DNA from: an uncultured Thermoleophilia bacterium
GTDB taxonomy: Bacteria; Actinomycetota; Thermoleophilia; UBA2241
DNA: 64,000 nucleotides
NCBI GenBank assembly: GCA_963702475.1
Contig: CAVPCT010000001.1
Span: 1-64,000 of the forward strand
Direction: 5' to 3'
Within the stretch, counting starts at the first letter, position 1, and every line of letters starts with the position of its first letter. The notes beneath the pieces were generated by a model, which saw only the letters and a program-made list of their open reading frames with translations, was not told where the DNA came from and searched no databases. Position numbers and translations under genes: made by a program. Below, piece after piece: positions 31,507 through 41,034 of this stretch.

Positions 31507-32016
31507 TTACCAGCGCTCGTAGCGCACGAGCTGCTCGAGGGGCCGGCGGCGCTTGCGCGGAGCCTCGCGGGCAGGGTGACCGAGCGGGGTGAAGGCGATG
31601 GGCTCCACGTCGTCCGGCAGCCCGAGCACCTCGCGCGCGGCGACCGGGTCGAAGTCGGCCACCCAGCACGTGCCCAGTCCCAGGCTGGTGGCCGCCAGGA
31701 TGATGTGATCCATCGCGATCGTCGCGTCGACCTCGTCGTAGGGCTTGTCGTCGACCCTTCGCCACGCGGCGCCGGGGATGGAGACCACCGCCAGCACGAG
31801 GGGAGGCCGCGAGAACCAGCGCCGCGAGTAGATCCGGGCGAGGTCCGCCTTGCGGCCTTCAGTGTGCATCACGATCACCTGGAACGGCTGCTTGTTGTCG
31901 GCGGTGGGCGCCAGGCGCGCCGCCTCGAGCACGCTGTGCAGCGTCTCGTCGTCGACCGGATCGGGACTGTAGGCGCGCACGCTGAAGCGCGCGGCGATGG
32001 TCTCGAGAACGTCCAA
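31507..32016 (-). CDS. nitroreductase family protein
   Basis: RFSVRAY, ARLAPTADNKQP, LAATSLGLGTCWV; TTG start with AAGGAGG. Confidence 0.9.
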   Translation of the reverse strand: MDVLETIAARFSVRAYSPDPVDDETLHSVLEAARLAPTADNKQPFQVIVMHTEGRKADLARIYSRRWFSRPPLVLAVVSIPGAAWRRVDDKPYDEVDATIAMDHIILAATSLGLGTCWVADFDPVAAREVLGLPDDVEPIAFTPLGHPAREAPRKRRRPLEQLVRYERW

Positions 32017-32577
32017 GATGCTCCTCCTTGCTGGCGTGCCGGCCACGCCGTCATGGTACACGAGCGCGGTGCGTGGCAGACCGGCTTGGGCAGGCACGCC
32101 GTGGGCGGGGAGGTTTGTGTACTCCTGCCCAGGTCTGTCTCGACCACATTCAAGAGGCAGCGAGAGGCCGGATGATTGATGCATATGACCCGCTCCGCCG
32201 GCCCAGGTATGCGTTCCCGCTCCCCGCTTGGTCGAGGGCGACCAGCATGAAGCCGTAGAGCACGGCCGTCAGGAGCGCGAGCCCAGCCGTGTGGCCCCGA
32301 CAGGTGCGTTGCACCTCAGGAAGCGGCTCCGGTAGCCGGGTCACACCCCTGACCGCCTGAAGCCGACGGCAGCCCGCCCGAACACGCGGTGCAGGGGCTT
32401 CCCCTGCTGGGGACTCGCCGGCAATGCGTCAGGCGAACACCCCATCTCCACCCTTGTCCCGTTGTCGCGCCCTGGACCCCGCAGTAGCATCGGGCGTGCA
32501 CGTCGTCAGGCCCCTCGGGCCGCCTTGGCTTGCCGCACGTCGCCGGAGGGGCGATGGATCGTGGTCGAGGAGGGCCC

Positions 32578-34113
32578 ATGCATCCGCGTCGTCTGTCGCC
32601 GTTCATCTGTGTACTGGCGATACTGCTCATCCTGGCGCCGGCCGCGGCCGCCGACCAGATCCTGGTGACCGGGATCAGTCCCAACTCCGGCGCGCCCGGC
32701 ACCACCGTCTCGTGCACGGTGTATGGGTTCTTCTTCTGCCCCACGAACCCGGCCGTCTACGAGTTCGAGCCCTACTTCAACCTCGTGGGCCCGGGCGGGT
32801 ACGACATCTCCGGCACGCCTCTGTCATTCGACGAACAGCAGGGCGCCTGGGCGCGTGTGAGCTTCGCCATCCCCTCTGCGGCTCCCAGCGGTGCCTACGA
32901 TGTCGTTGCCAACCAGTGGTGGGACCTGTACGCGTACGGCGCCTCACGGCCCGGCGCCTTCAGCGTCACCGCCGTCACACCGGCCGTGACCGGCATCAAC
33001 CCTGCGTCCGTCACGGCCGGGAGTCCCGCATTCACCCTGAGCGTCTCCGGGACGAACTTCGCCACCGGCTCCGACGGGGCGGTGGTGCGCTGGAACTCCA
33101 GCGACCTGAGCACGACCCGCATCTCATCGACGACGCTGACCGCCGCGGTGCCTGCGTCGCTGGTGGCGACCTCCGGAACGGCGACCGTCTCCGTGCGTAA
33201 CGGCTCTGGGCTCTGGGCGCCGGTGTCGAACTCGGTCACCTTCTCCGTGGTCGCCGCTGCGCCGGTCGTGTCATCCCTCAGCCCCACGTTCGTGTGGGGT
33301 GGTTGCGTGCGCACCGACCTCGTCCTCACGGTGACGGGCAGCAACTTCGTCTCCGGATCGCGCATCGTGATCAACGGCGGGGAGAAGACCAACACAGCCT
33401 TCGTCACTGCGACGCAACTCTCGGTCCCGCTGACAGCGGCAGACATGGCGTTGCCGGTCACGAGCTTGACGATCAGCGTGAAGAACCCGCCGTTCCCGGG
33501 GGGGGCGGCGAGCGCCGGCAGCCTTCCGCTCACGATCCAGCCGGAGACCACCTACCCGACGGTGACCATCGCCGGGGCGGACAGTGCCTGGCACAACACG
33601 TCGGTGACGCTGACGTTCGCGGCGTCCGACACGCAGTCGGGCGTGCAGAGGGTGGTGTACATGTCCGCTCCGACGGTGCCCTCGTGGACCGACGGGACGT
33701 CGTACACGGTGCCGACCAGCGCCCAAGGTGCCGTCACCGTGAACGTGCAGGCGCTGGACTGGTGCAACAGGGCTGGCACCGCGACCGCCACCGTGTACAT
33801 CGACACTACCGAGCCGGGCACCGAGACGCTCGGCAACGTGACGGTGAAGAAGGGCAAGACGGCGCGGCTCCGGTACCGCGTCACCGAACCGGCCGGGCTC
33901 AGCCCCAAGGCCGACGTGTCCATCAAGATCGAGCGGAGCAGCGGCTCGACGGTCAAGAGCTTCACCGTGGATGCCGTGTCCGTGAACACCGATCTGACGA
34001 AGAGCTTCACGTGCTCGCTCGCCAAGGGCAGGTACACCTGGTACGTCTACGCTACCGACCTGGCCGGCAACACCCAGAAGAACGTGGCGCGCGCGAAGCT
34101 CGTGGTGAAGTGA
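32578..34113 (+). CDS. secreted IPT/TIG-repeat protein with C-terminal Ig-like domain
   Basis: Signal peptide; repeated P.VT.I.P.S...G..F modules; ends ATDLAGNTQ...KLVVK. Confidence 0.8.
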   Translation: MHPRRLSPFICVLAILLILAPAAAADQILVTGISPNSGAPGTTVSCTVYGFFFCPTNPAVYEFEPYFNLVGPGGYDISGTPLSFDEQQGAWARVSFAIPSAAPSGAYDVVANQWWDLYAYGASRPGAFSVTAVTPAVTGINPASVTAGSPAFTLSVSGTNFATGSDGAVVRWNSSDLSTTRISSTTLTAAVPASLVATSGTATVSVRNGSGLWAPVSNSVTFSVVAAAPVVSSLSPTFVWGGCVRTDLVLTVTGSNFVSGSRIVINGGEKTNTAFVTATQLSVPLTAADMALPVTSLTISVKNPPFPGGAASAGSLPLTIQPETTYPTVTIAGADSAWHNTSVTLTFAASDTQSGVQRVVYMSAPTVPSWTDGTSYTVPTSAQGAVTVNVQALDWCNRAGTATATVYIDTTEPGTETLGNVTVKKGKTARLRYRVTEPAGLSPKADVSIKIERSSGSTVKSFTVDAVSVNTDLTKSFTCSLAKGRYTWYVYATDLAGNTQKNVARAKLVVK

Positions 34114-34115
34114 CA

Positions 34116-34191
34116 CGCGCCGGCTCGCGGCCGTCGCGAGCCGGCGCGAGCGGCCGGGGCGGGCCGGCGGTTCCGCGACCCGCCCCGGCCG
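34116..34191. terminator. tandem hairpins after IPT gene
   Basis: CGCGCCGGCTCGCG-GCCGT-CGCGAGCCGGCGCG then CGGCCGGGGCGGG...CCCGCCCCGGCCG. Confidence 0.65.
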
Positions 34192-34288
34192 GCCATGCGT
34201 CTCGGAGGCCGTCGGCGTACGTGCGGTCGTATGATGTGGGTGGTGGAACGGCCGGTCACATGGAGCCCACGAGGATCCGGGAGCGGAC

Positions 34289-35221
34289 ATGGTCGCAGGC
34301 GGGGACGAGCTGACCATCGGGGCAGGGGGCACGGCTGAGCCGGGACTCCGGACCGACGGTGACGGCGTCGGCACCGGGGACCTCGCCATCGAGGTCCAGG
34401 ACCTCAGCAAGCACTACGGCGAAGTGCGCGCCGTCGACGGCATCTCCTTCACGGCGCGGGCCGGCGAGGTCCTGGGCTTGCTGGGCCACAACGGCGCCGG
34501 CAAGACCACGACCATCAGGATGCTGACCGGTCGCGCGCGCCCGACCGGCGGCCGCGCGCGCGTCGCCGGCTACGACGTGGTCGAGCAGCGCGAGCACATG
34601 AAGCCACTCATCAACCTCGTGTTCGAGGAGCAGAACCTCTACGAACGGCTCACGGGGCGCGAGAACCTGCAGCTGTTCGCCGAGCTCTACGACGTGCCTC
34701 GCGCGCGCGTCGACGAGCTCCTCACGGCCGTGCGCCTCAGCGAAGCCGCCAGGCGCAAGGTCAAGACCTACTCCAGCGGCATGAAGCAGCGCCTGCTGGT
34801 GGCGCGTGCTCTGCTCAACGAGCCGCGCGTCCTCTTCCTCGACGAGCCTACGCGCGGCCTCGACCCGACCTCGGCGCGTGAGGTCCGCGAGATGGTCCGC
34901 GAGCAGGCCGCACGCGGCACCACCGTGTTCCTCACCACGCACTACATGGAGGAGGCCGACGAGCTCTGCGACCGCGTCGCCTTTCTCTCGGCCGGCAGGA
35001 TCGTCGCCCTCGACACGCCGCGCGAGCTCAAGCTGCGCTACGGCGAGCGCACGGCGCTGGTGCTGCTCGACACGCGTGAGGAGGTCCGTCTGCGCCTCGA
35101 CGACCCCGCGGACGGCGCCCGCCTCGAGGCGTGGATGGCCGAGGGCAAGGTCCTCACTGTGCACTCCCAGGAGGGCACGCTCGAGGACGTGTTCGTCAAT
35201 CTCGCCGGGAGGCCGCTGTGA
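34289..35221 (+). CDS. ABC transporter ATP-binding protein (exporter type)
   Basis: GHNGAGKTT, YSSGMKQR, LFLDEPT, TTHYMEEA. Confidence 0.95.
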   Translation: MVAGGDELTIGAGGTAEPGLRTDGDGVGTGDLAIEVQDLSKHYGEVRAVDGISFTARAGEVLGLLGHNGAGKTTTIRMLTGRARPTGGRARVAGYDVVEQREHMKPLINLVFEEQNLYERLTGRENLQLFAELYDVPRARVDELLTAVRLSEAARRKVKTYSSGMKQRLLVARALLNEPRVLFLDEPTRGLDPTSAREVREMVREQAARGTTVFLTTHYMEEADELCDRVAFLSAGRIVALDTPRELKLRYGERTALVLLDTREEVRLRLDDPADGARLEAWMAEGKVLTVHSQEGTLEDVFVNLAGRPL

Positions 35222-36327
35222 TGGCGGGTCTCACCTGGCGCCGCCTGCGCGCCATCTACCGCAAGGACATGCGTGACGCGATCCGTGACAGCCGGGTGCT
35301 CACGGCGCTCCTCATGCCCCTGGCCCTGGGTCTGCTGTACTCCTTCATGTTCTCCGACGAGAGCGTGCAGGTGCAGAAGGGCACGGTCGGCATCGTCGCC
35401 GCGGGTCCGACGCAGCTCCAGCAGGCCATCTCGCAGCAGGTGAAGGGGAGTCTGCTGCGCTTGAGCTTCGTCAGGTTCTCCGACGTCGCCGCTCTGCAGC
35501 GGCAGGTGCGGCAGGAGGAGATCGACGTCGGCCTCATCGTACCCGAAGGGTTCGACGAGGCGGTCGCGATGGGTGAGGCGCCGACGCTCACCATCGTCCT
35601 TCCGACTTCGCCCAGGTACGACACCGGCTACGTGCGGGCGGTCATCGACCGCAGCGTCGCCGCCATGGCGGGGCGCGCGCCGCCGGCGACGATCGTCGTG
35701 CGCACGCTGCCGCCGGAGGCGGGTGGCAGCACAGCGGCGATCGACGTGCTCGGGGCGCGCAAGGACTTCATCATCATCTCCATCGTCCTGCTGTTGTGCA
35801 TGGTCGCCGTCTACGCCGTGCCTGCGGTGCTCGTCGAGGAGTTCGAGAAGAAGACGATGGAGGCGCTCAGCCTCATCGCCTCGGCCGCCGAGGTGATCGG
35901 CGCGAAGGCCCTGTTCGGCATCACCCTGAGTGTGGTCTCGGTGCCGATCCTGCTGGCGATCACGCGCGGCCGGCCCGCCGACCTCGTGGCCCTGGCCGCC
36001 GCGGTCGTCGTGTCGGCCGTCGTGCTCGTCGGCATCGGGCTGCTCTTCGCCGGCCTGATGAAGAACCAGCAGCAGATCAACACGTGGAGCGGCGCCCTGC
36101 TGCTGCCGCTCCTGGCCCCGGCGATCGTGGTCGGTATGCCGGCGCCCGACGCCGTGAACCAGGCCCTGGCCTTCATCCCCACCGCCCAGAGCTTCCGCCT
36201 GATGGCCAACGCCTTCGCCGGCCGCACGCTGTACCCGGACGAGGTGCTGTCGTACGCCGTGCTCGTAGCGTGGGGGGTGGGAGTCTACGCCCTGCTGTGG
36301 TGGCGGCTGTCGCGGCAGGAGGCGTAG
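35221..36327 (+). CDS. ABC-2 type transporter permease
   Basis: IYRKDMRDAIRD, extracellular loop, VEEFEKKTMEAL, 6 TM. Confidence 0.9.
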   Translation: MAGLTWRRLRAIYRKDMRDAIRDSRVLTALLMPLALGLLYSFMFSDESVQVQKGTVGIVAAGPTQLQQAISQQVKGSLLRLSFVRFSDVAALQRQVRQEEIDVGLIVPEGFDEAVAMGEAPTLTIVLPTSPRYDTGYVRAVIDRSVAAMAGRAPPATIVVRTLPPEAGGSTAAIDVLGARKDFIIISIVLLLCMVAVYAVPAVLVEEFEKKTMEALSLIASAAEVIGAKALFGITLSVVSVPILLAITRGRPADLVALAAAVVVSAVVLVGIGLLFAGLMKNQQQINTWSGALLLPLLAPAIVVGMPAPDAVNQALAFIPTAQSFRLMANAFAGRTLYPDEVLSYAVLVAWGVGVYALLWWRLSRQEA

Positions 36328-36389
36328 CGCGGAGGTCCGGCCGGGCGCGTTCGCGACCCGTGGCGATCTGCCTCCGGGGCGCGGCGCCT

Positions 36390-36779
36390 CTACCCGGAGA
36401 GGCTCTTGACCATGCGCACCGTCGTGCCGCGGCGGCCGGACTCGACGCTGACCGAGTCCATCATGGTCTCGATGAGGAACACCCCGCGGCCGTGCACCCG
36501 GCGCAGGTCGGGCATCGGCCGCCGGCCCGTCCCGGGCAGGGTGAAGCCGGTGCCGCCATCGCGCACCTCCACGGCGGCCGCGCTCTCCGACACGCACGCC
36601 GAGACGCGGATCCGGCCGTCGCTGCCGGCGTGCGTGACGGCGTTGCTGAACGCCTCGTCTGCTGCGAGCACCACCTGATAAGCGACGGCCGCGTCGACGG
36701 CCTGTCGCGCAAGGTACGCGCGAAGCGCCGCGCGCATCCGGGCGGCGGCCGCGCGGCGCGATGGGTAGACCTCCGCCAT
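36390..36779 (-). CDS. RsbW-like anti-sigma factor / HATPase_c_2 protein
   Basis: LAADEAFSNAVTH, VRDGGTGF, HGRGVFLI..MMD. Confidence 0.85.
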   Translation of the reverse strand: MAEVYPSRRAAAARMRAALRAYLARQAVDAAVAYQVVLAADEAFSNAVTHAGSDGRIRVSACVSESAAAVEVRDGGTGFTLPGTGRRPMPDLRRVHGRGVFLIETMMDSVSVESGRRGTTVRMVKSLSG

Positions 36780-37004
36780 CTGCTCGTTTCGGCACCGCGC
36801 GACTCGCGGACCCCCTTCACGCACTGTCGGCATCTCCCGCACGCCTGCCCCTTCCACTCGCGCCTTTCGGCGCCGTAGCCGGGCTTCCATCATGTTTATC
36901 GGCACACGGGCGAGGCTGATTCTGGGACGAACGTCTAGTGTCCTGGATCGGAACTTCCCGCCGACGCCCTTGGCGTCGCCTACGAGCCGGGCGCGGTCAG
37001 CCAC

Positions 37005-37295
37005 ATCGTGACCTGCACGCAGGGTTACCCGTACTTCCTCCAGGAGTACGGACACATCGTGTGGGACGAATCCTCGGACTCGCCCATCTCCGAGGACGAC
37101 ACGAGGCCGGTGCAGCCCATCGTGGAGGAGCGCCTCGACGAGTGCTTTTTCAGGGTCGGGGCCGAGCGCACGATGGAGCTGGAGCTGCGCTACCTGTTCG
37201 CGATGGCCGAGCTCGGACCGGAACCGCATCGGGCCACAGTGGTGGCGCGACGCAATGGGCGCACCGTTGAGCTGGCGGGCCCCCTGCGGTCTCAG
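37005..37295 (+). pseudogene. C-terminal scrap of AAA-ATPase with winged helix
   Basis: TQGYPYFLQEYG..VWD...LDECFF...ELRYL.AMAELG; no Walker A present. Confidence 0.6.
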
Positions 37296-37693
37296 CAGCC
37301 CGGCAGCCACCGGGATGACCACCTGGACGGCGAGGACCGCGGAGACGACGCTCATCGTGCCGATGGCGAGCAGGGCCGCGAGCATGCGTCAGGTCTTCGG
37401 GCGCAGGCGGGTCGGGCTCCGATGCCGAAGCGCACCGCCGTCGGCCTGCTCCATCGGAGCGACACTGCTCGCCCACGGCGCCTCTCGGCCTTGGTCCATG
37501 ACCCCATCTCCACCCAGCGCACCCCGGTCTCGCCGCCTCAGGCAACGGACCCGATGGGACGAAACGTGCTATGCTCTCGGAGCGCGGGCCATCCCGGCTC
37601 GTGGGACTGCGACGTGACGCACCGCATTCTGGCGGTGAGGCTCACGTCGCTTTTTCGGTTTGTGGCCCCGTGGGGCGAGAGGATGAGACTGAA

Positions 37694-37897
37694 ATGGCAG
37701 AGGGCAAAGTCAAGTGGTTCAACGCAGACAAGGGGTACGGGTTCATCGAGCGCGAGGGCGGCGACGACCTGTTCGTGCACATCTCCGAGATCCAGGGCGA
37801 CGGCGTGAAGAACCTCGTCGAGGGTCAGGCCGTGTCCTTCACGGAAGCCACCGGCCAGAAGGGCAAGCCTGAGGCGACGCAGGTGACCCCGCTCTAA
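37694..37897 (+). CDS. cspA: cold-shock protein
   Basis: [18 protein letters not shown]...DLFVHISEI...GQKGK. Confidence 0.95.
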   Translation: MAEGKVKWFNADKGYGFIEREGGDDLFVHISEIQGDGVKNLVEGQAVSFTEATGQKGKPEATQVTPL

Positions 37898-37920
37898 GAG
37901 CGCTCACGCAGACGCAAGGC

Positions 37921-37950
37921 GCCGGGCGGCTGTCGATGCCGCCCGGCCCG
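37921..37950. terminator. hairpin after csp gene
   Basis: GCCGGGCGGC-TGTCGAT-GCCGCCCGGC. Confidence 0.6.
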
Positions 37951-38012
37951 CTTGCTCACACGACGCGCACCCTCCCGGTCGCCAGACGGGCCGGCCGACC
38001 AGATTGGCGGAC

Positions 38013-38753
38013 ATGGAGCTGCTCCTGCTCTCGAACTCCACCAACTACGGCGGCACCATGTTCTCCCATGCCGCGCAGGCATTCTCCGCCGTCTCGGCCG
38101 GTAGCGTCGTGACGTTCATCCCGTACACGCTCGCGGACTGGGACGACTACGCAGACAGAGCCATTTCGGCGCTCGGATCCTTCGGCATCGATGCCGTGTC
38201 GGCTCACCGTTCCGGCGCTCCGGACCGGGCGATCCTCGAGGCCGAGGTCGTGATGATGGGCGGCGGCAACACGTTCCGGCTGCTCGACTCGCTGTATCGC
38301 CTCGGCGTGGTCGAGGGGCTCGGCGCCCGGGTGCGCGCCGGCGCCACCCGCTACGTGGGCGCCTCCGCCGGCACCAACGTCGCCTGCCCGACGATCCGCA
38401 CCACCAACGACATGCCGATCTGCCGGCCCCCCAGCTTCGCGGCGCTCGGGCTGGTGCCGTTCCAGATCAACCTGCACTACATCGACGCCGACCCGGCCTC
38501 GACCTTCATGGGCGAGACACGGGAGGAGCGTATCGCGGAGTTTCTCGAGGAGAACGACTGCGCCGTGCTGGCGCTGTACGAGGGCTCCTGGCTGCGTGTC
38601 AGTGGCGAGTCCGCGGTGGTCACCGGCCGCGGGCGGCTGTTCGAGCGCCAGGACGTCGGCACGTTCCACCAGGGCCTCGACGTCTCCGGGCTCCTCGGGC
38701 ACACGCCGCGCTTCGACGGCGGCAGACGACCAGAGCCGGGAGGTTCATCATGA
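38013..38753 (+). CDS. pepE: dipeptidase E (peptidase S51)
   Basis: LLLSNST, GGGNTFRLL, GASAGTNVACPTIRTTNDMPI, PFQINLHY, GETREERI. Confidence 0.93.
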   Translation: MELLLLSNSTNYGGTMFSHAAQAFSAVSAGSVVTFIPYTLADWDDYADRAISALGSFGIDAVSAHRSGAPDRAILEAEVVMMGGGNTFRLLDSLYRLGVVEGLGARVRAGATRYVGASAGTNVACPTIRTTNDMPICRPPSFAALGLVPFQINLHYIDADPASTFMGETREERIAEFLEENDCAVLALYEGSWLRVSGESAVVTGRGRLFERQDVGTFHQGLDVSGLLGHTPRFDGGRRPEPGGSS

Positions 38754-39838
38754 TGGGCAAGTCCGCGGTCGTGTACTCCGAGGCGTTCTTCGGCACCCCC
38801 GACGGCAAGACCGCCAACGGCCTGGTGCGGCACTCGGAGAAGTACGAGGTGCTCTCGGTGATCGACAGCACGAAGACGGGAGTCGACGCCGGCGCCTATC
38901 TGGACGACGTCCCCAACGGCATCCCGATCTGCGCCGACCTCGCGGACGCCATCGCTCTCGCGGGCCGCGTGCCCGACGTCTTCATCATCGGCGTGGCGCC
39001 CCTCAGCGGCCTGCTCTCTCCGCACCAGCGCGGCGTGGTGCTCGACGCGATGCGCCGCGGCATGTCCATCGTCAACGGCCTGCACGAGTTCCTGAACGAG
39101 GACCCGGAGTTCACGGTGGCCGCGGCGAAGTACGGCGTCCTGATCGACGACGTGCGCCGTCCGCGCGCCAAGAAGGACCTGCGTATGTTCACGGGCGGCA
39201 TCGATGAGGTGACCTGCCCTCGCATCGCCGTTCTGGGCACAGACGGTGCCATCGGCAAGCGGACGACCGCGGTCATCCTCACTCGCGCGCTTGTCGAGAG
39301 AGGCATCAAGGCGGTGATGGTCGGCACCGGACAGACCGGTCTCATCCAGGGCGCGCGCTACGGCATCGCGCTCGACGCCATCCCCTGCCAGTTCTGCTCG
39401 GGCGAGATGGAGGCAGCCGTCATGGAGGCGTTCGAGGGCGAGCATCCGGACGTCATCGTCATCGAGGGGCAGGGCGCGCTGAGCCATCCCGCCTACTTGT
39501 CGTCGACCTTCATCCTCAGAGGCGCGCGGCCCGACGCCGTCATCCTGCAGCACGCGCCCGCACGCCGCATGCTGGGCGACTTTCCGGACGTGCGCACTCC
39601 GACGCCCGCCAGTGAGATCGCCCTGCTGCGGGCGTTCGCCGGCACGCCGGTCATCGGCCTGGCCATCAACCACGAGGACATGACCGACGCCGAGGTCAGC
39701 GCGGCGATCATCCTGTACGAGCTCGAGCTCGGCATCCCGGCCACGGACGCGCTCACGCGGCCGGCCGGCCGCCTGGTCGACATGGTGCTGGCGGCGTTCC
39801 CGGCGCTGGAGGCGAGGCTCACGCTCGGCGTCGCCTGA
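38750..39838 (+). CDS. DUF1611 domain protein
   Basis: GKTANGLVRH, IVNGLHEFL, GTDGAIGKRTT, GTGQTG, IEGQGALSHPAY; ATGA overlap with pepE. Confidence 0.88.
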   Translation: MMGKSAVVYSEAFFGTPDGKTANGLVRHSEKYEVLSVIDSTKTGVDAGAYLDDVPNGIPICADLADAIALAGRVPDVFIIGVAPLSGLLSPHQRGVVLDAMRRGMSIVNGLHEFLNEDPEFTVAAAKYGVLIDDVRRPRAKKDLRMFTGGIDEVTCPRIAVLGTDGAIGKRTTAVILTRALVERGIKAVMVGTGQTGLIQGARYGIALDAIPCQFCSGEMEAAVMEAFEGEHPDVIVIEGQGALSHPAYLSSTFILRGARPDAVILQHAPARRMLGDFPDVRTPTPASEIALLRAFAGTPVIGLAINHEDMTDAEVSAAIILYELELGIPATDALTRPAGRLVDMVLAAFPALEARLTLGVA

Positions 39839-39878
39839 CCTCGTTCTGACGACGCGCGGCGGCGCGCGGCGCTACGCC

Positions 39879-40892
39879 TCAGGCGCCCTCTCGCACCAGC
39901 CGGGCCAGCGCCTGGCCCTGCTCCTCCGGATCGTCGCTCTCTTCCGGGCGGGCGATCCGGTGCACCTCGACGCCCTCGAGCTCGAGCCCGCCGAGGGCGT
40001 CGATGTGCTCGGCGGGCAGAAAGCTGTAGACAGCCGCCACCCCGCTGCCGGACACGTAGGAACGAAGCACATCGCCGAGGCCGTGCTCGCGCCACCAGCG
40101 GCTGACCGGCTGCCCGTCGGGCAGCCGGGTCTGCATGGTCACGCCGTGCTCGCGGACCGGCTCCGTGGCCGTCAGCAGCCCGTAGAGCCCCGAGACGACG
40201 AGGCAGCACCGGCGCATCGTCTCGCGGTCGGCCGCGCTCCAGGAGCCCACCTCGGCGGCCGCGTAGAGCGAGCCTGTGTAGCGCTCGAGCGCCGGCAGGT
40301 AGGCGCGCCGGTTGCCGTCGCCGCCCAGATCGGGGCCGGCCGCCTCACCCACGAGCTCGGCGAGGGTCCTGCGGGCCTCGCCGAGCCGCGCTCCGGCATC
40401 GCCCAGCAGCGCGAGCGCCGTCGACTGCCGCCGCCACGTGGGGTCGCCACCTTGTCTCATCTGAGCGGAGTCCGGGATGAGGATGAGACCAGACACGAGG
40501 CCTCTCCCGGGGCCGCGGCCCGGGGTCTTCGCCGGCGTCTTCCGCGCGGCAGCCGGCTTCGCGGCGGCCGCGCGCGGCTTCGTCTTCACACCGCCGCGGG
40601 CGCTCTTGGCGGGCGTGTCCCTGCGAAAGGTCACGGTCTGCGCCCGCCGGTCGGTCCTGACGAACGACCAGCCGGCGTCGCGCCAGCCGCGGGCTTGAGG
40701 ATGGCCGCTTGCCTCCCGCCACCATTCGGCGTGGTTCGACGCCGCGGCCGGCAGCCGGAATCCGAGGATGTCTGCGAGCTGGTCGAACGTCAGCGTCACA
40801 CTGCTCGCATCCTGGCCCTTGAGATAGGCCGTCAGGGGTCCGTACCTGCCGGGCCCCGGCGGGTCCTTCGTCGGCTTCGCGCCTGGCGTCAT
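39879..40892 (-). CDS. fusion: small N-terminal domain + Lys/Ala linker + YaaA (DUF328)-like domain
   Basis: YGPLTAYL...VTLTFDQLADILG..LP..A....WW...QARGWRDAGW; C-part LPALERYTGSLY, VVSGLYGLL. Confidence 0.7.
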   Translation of the reverse strand: MTPGAKPTKDPPGPGRYGPLTAYLKGQDASSVTLTFDQLADILGFRLPAAASNHAEWWREASGHPQARGWRDAGWSFVRTDRRAQTVTFRRDTPAKSARGGVKTKPRAAAAKPAAARKTPAKTPGRGPGRGLVSGLILIPDSAQMRQGGDPTWRRQSTALALLGDAGARLGEARRTLAELVGEAAGPDLGGDGNRRAYLPALERYTGSLYAAAEVGSWSAADRETMRRCCLVVSGLYGLLTATEPVREHGVTMQTRLPDGQPVSRWWREHGLGDVLRSYVSGSGVAAVYSFLPAEHIDALGGLELEGVEVHRIARPEESDDPEEQGQALARLVREGA

Positions 40893-41034
40893 GGCGATCT
40901 CCTCTGTCAACGGGGGCGCGACGGAATGCGCTCCCACAGGTCCCAGCGATTGAGACGCGTTCCGTCGCCCTGCTTCACACTGGCGGCGCGTCATGCCGGC
41001 CGAACCCTATCTGACCGATCCTCATGCGATCACC

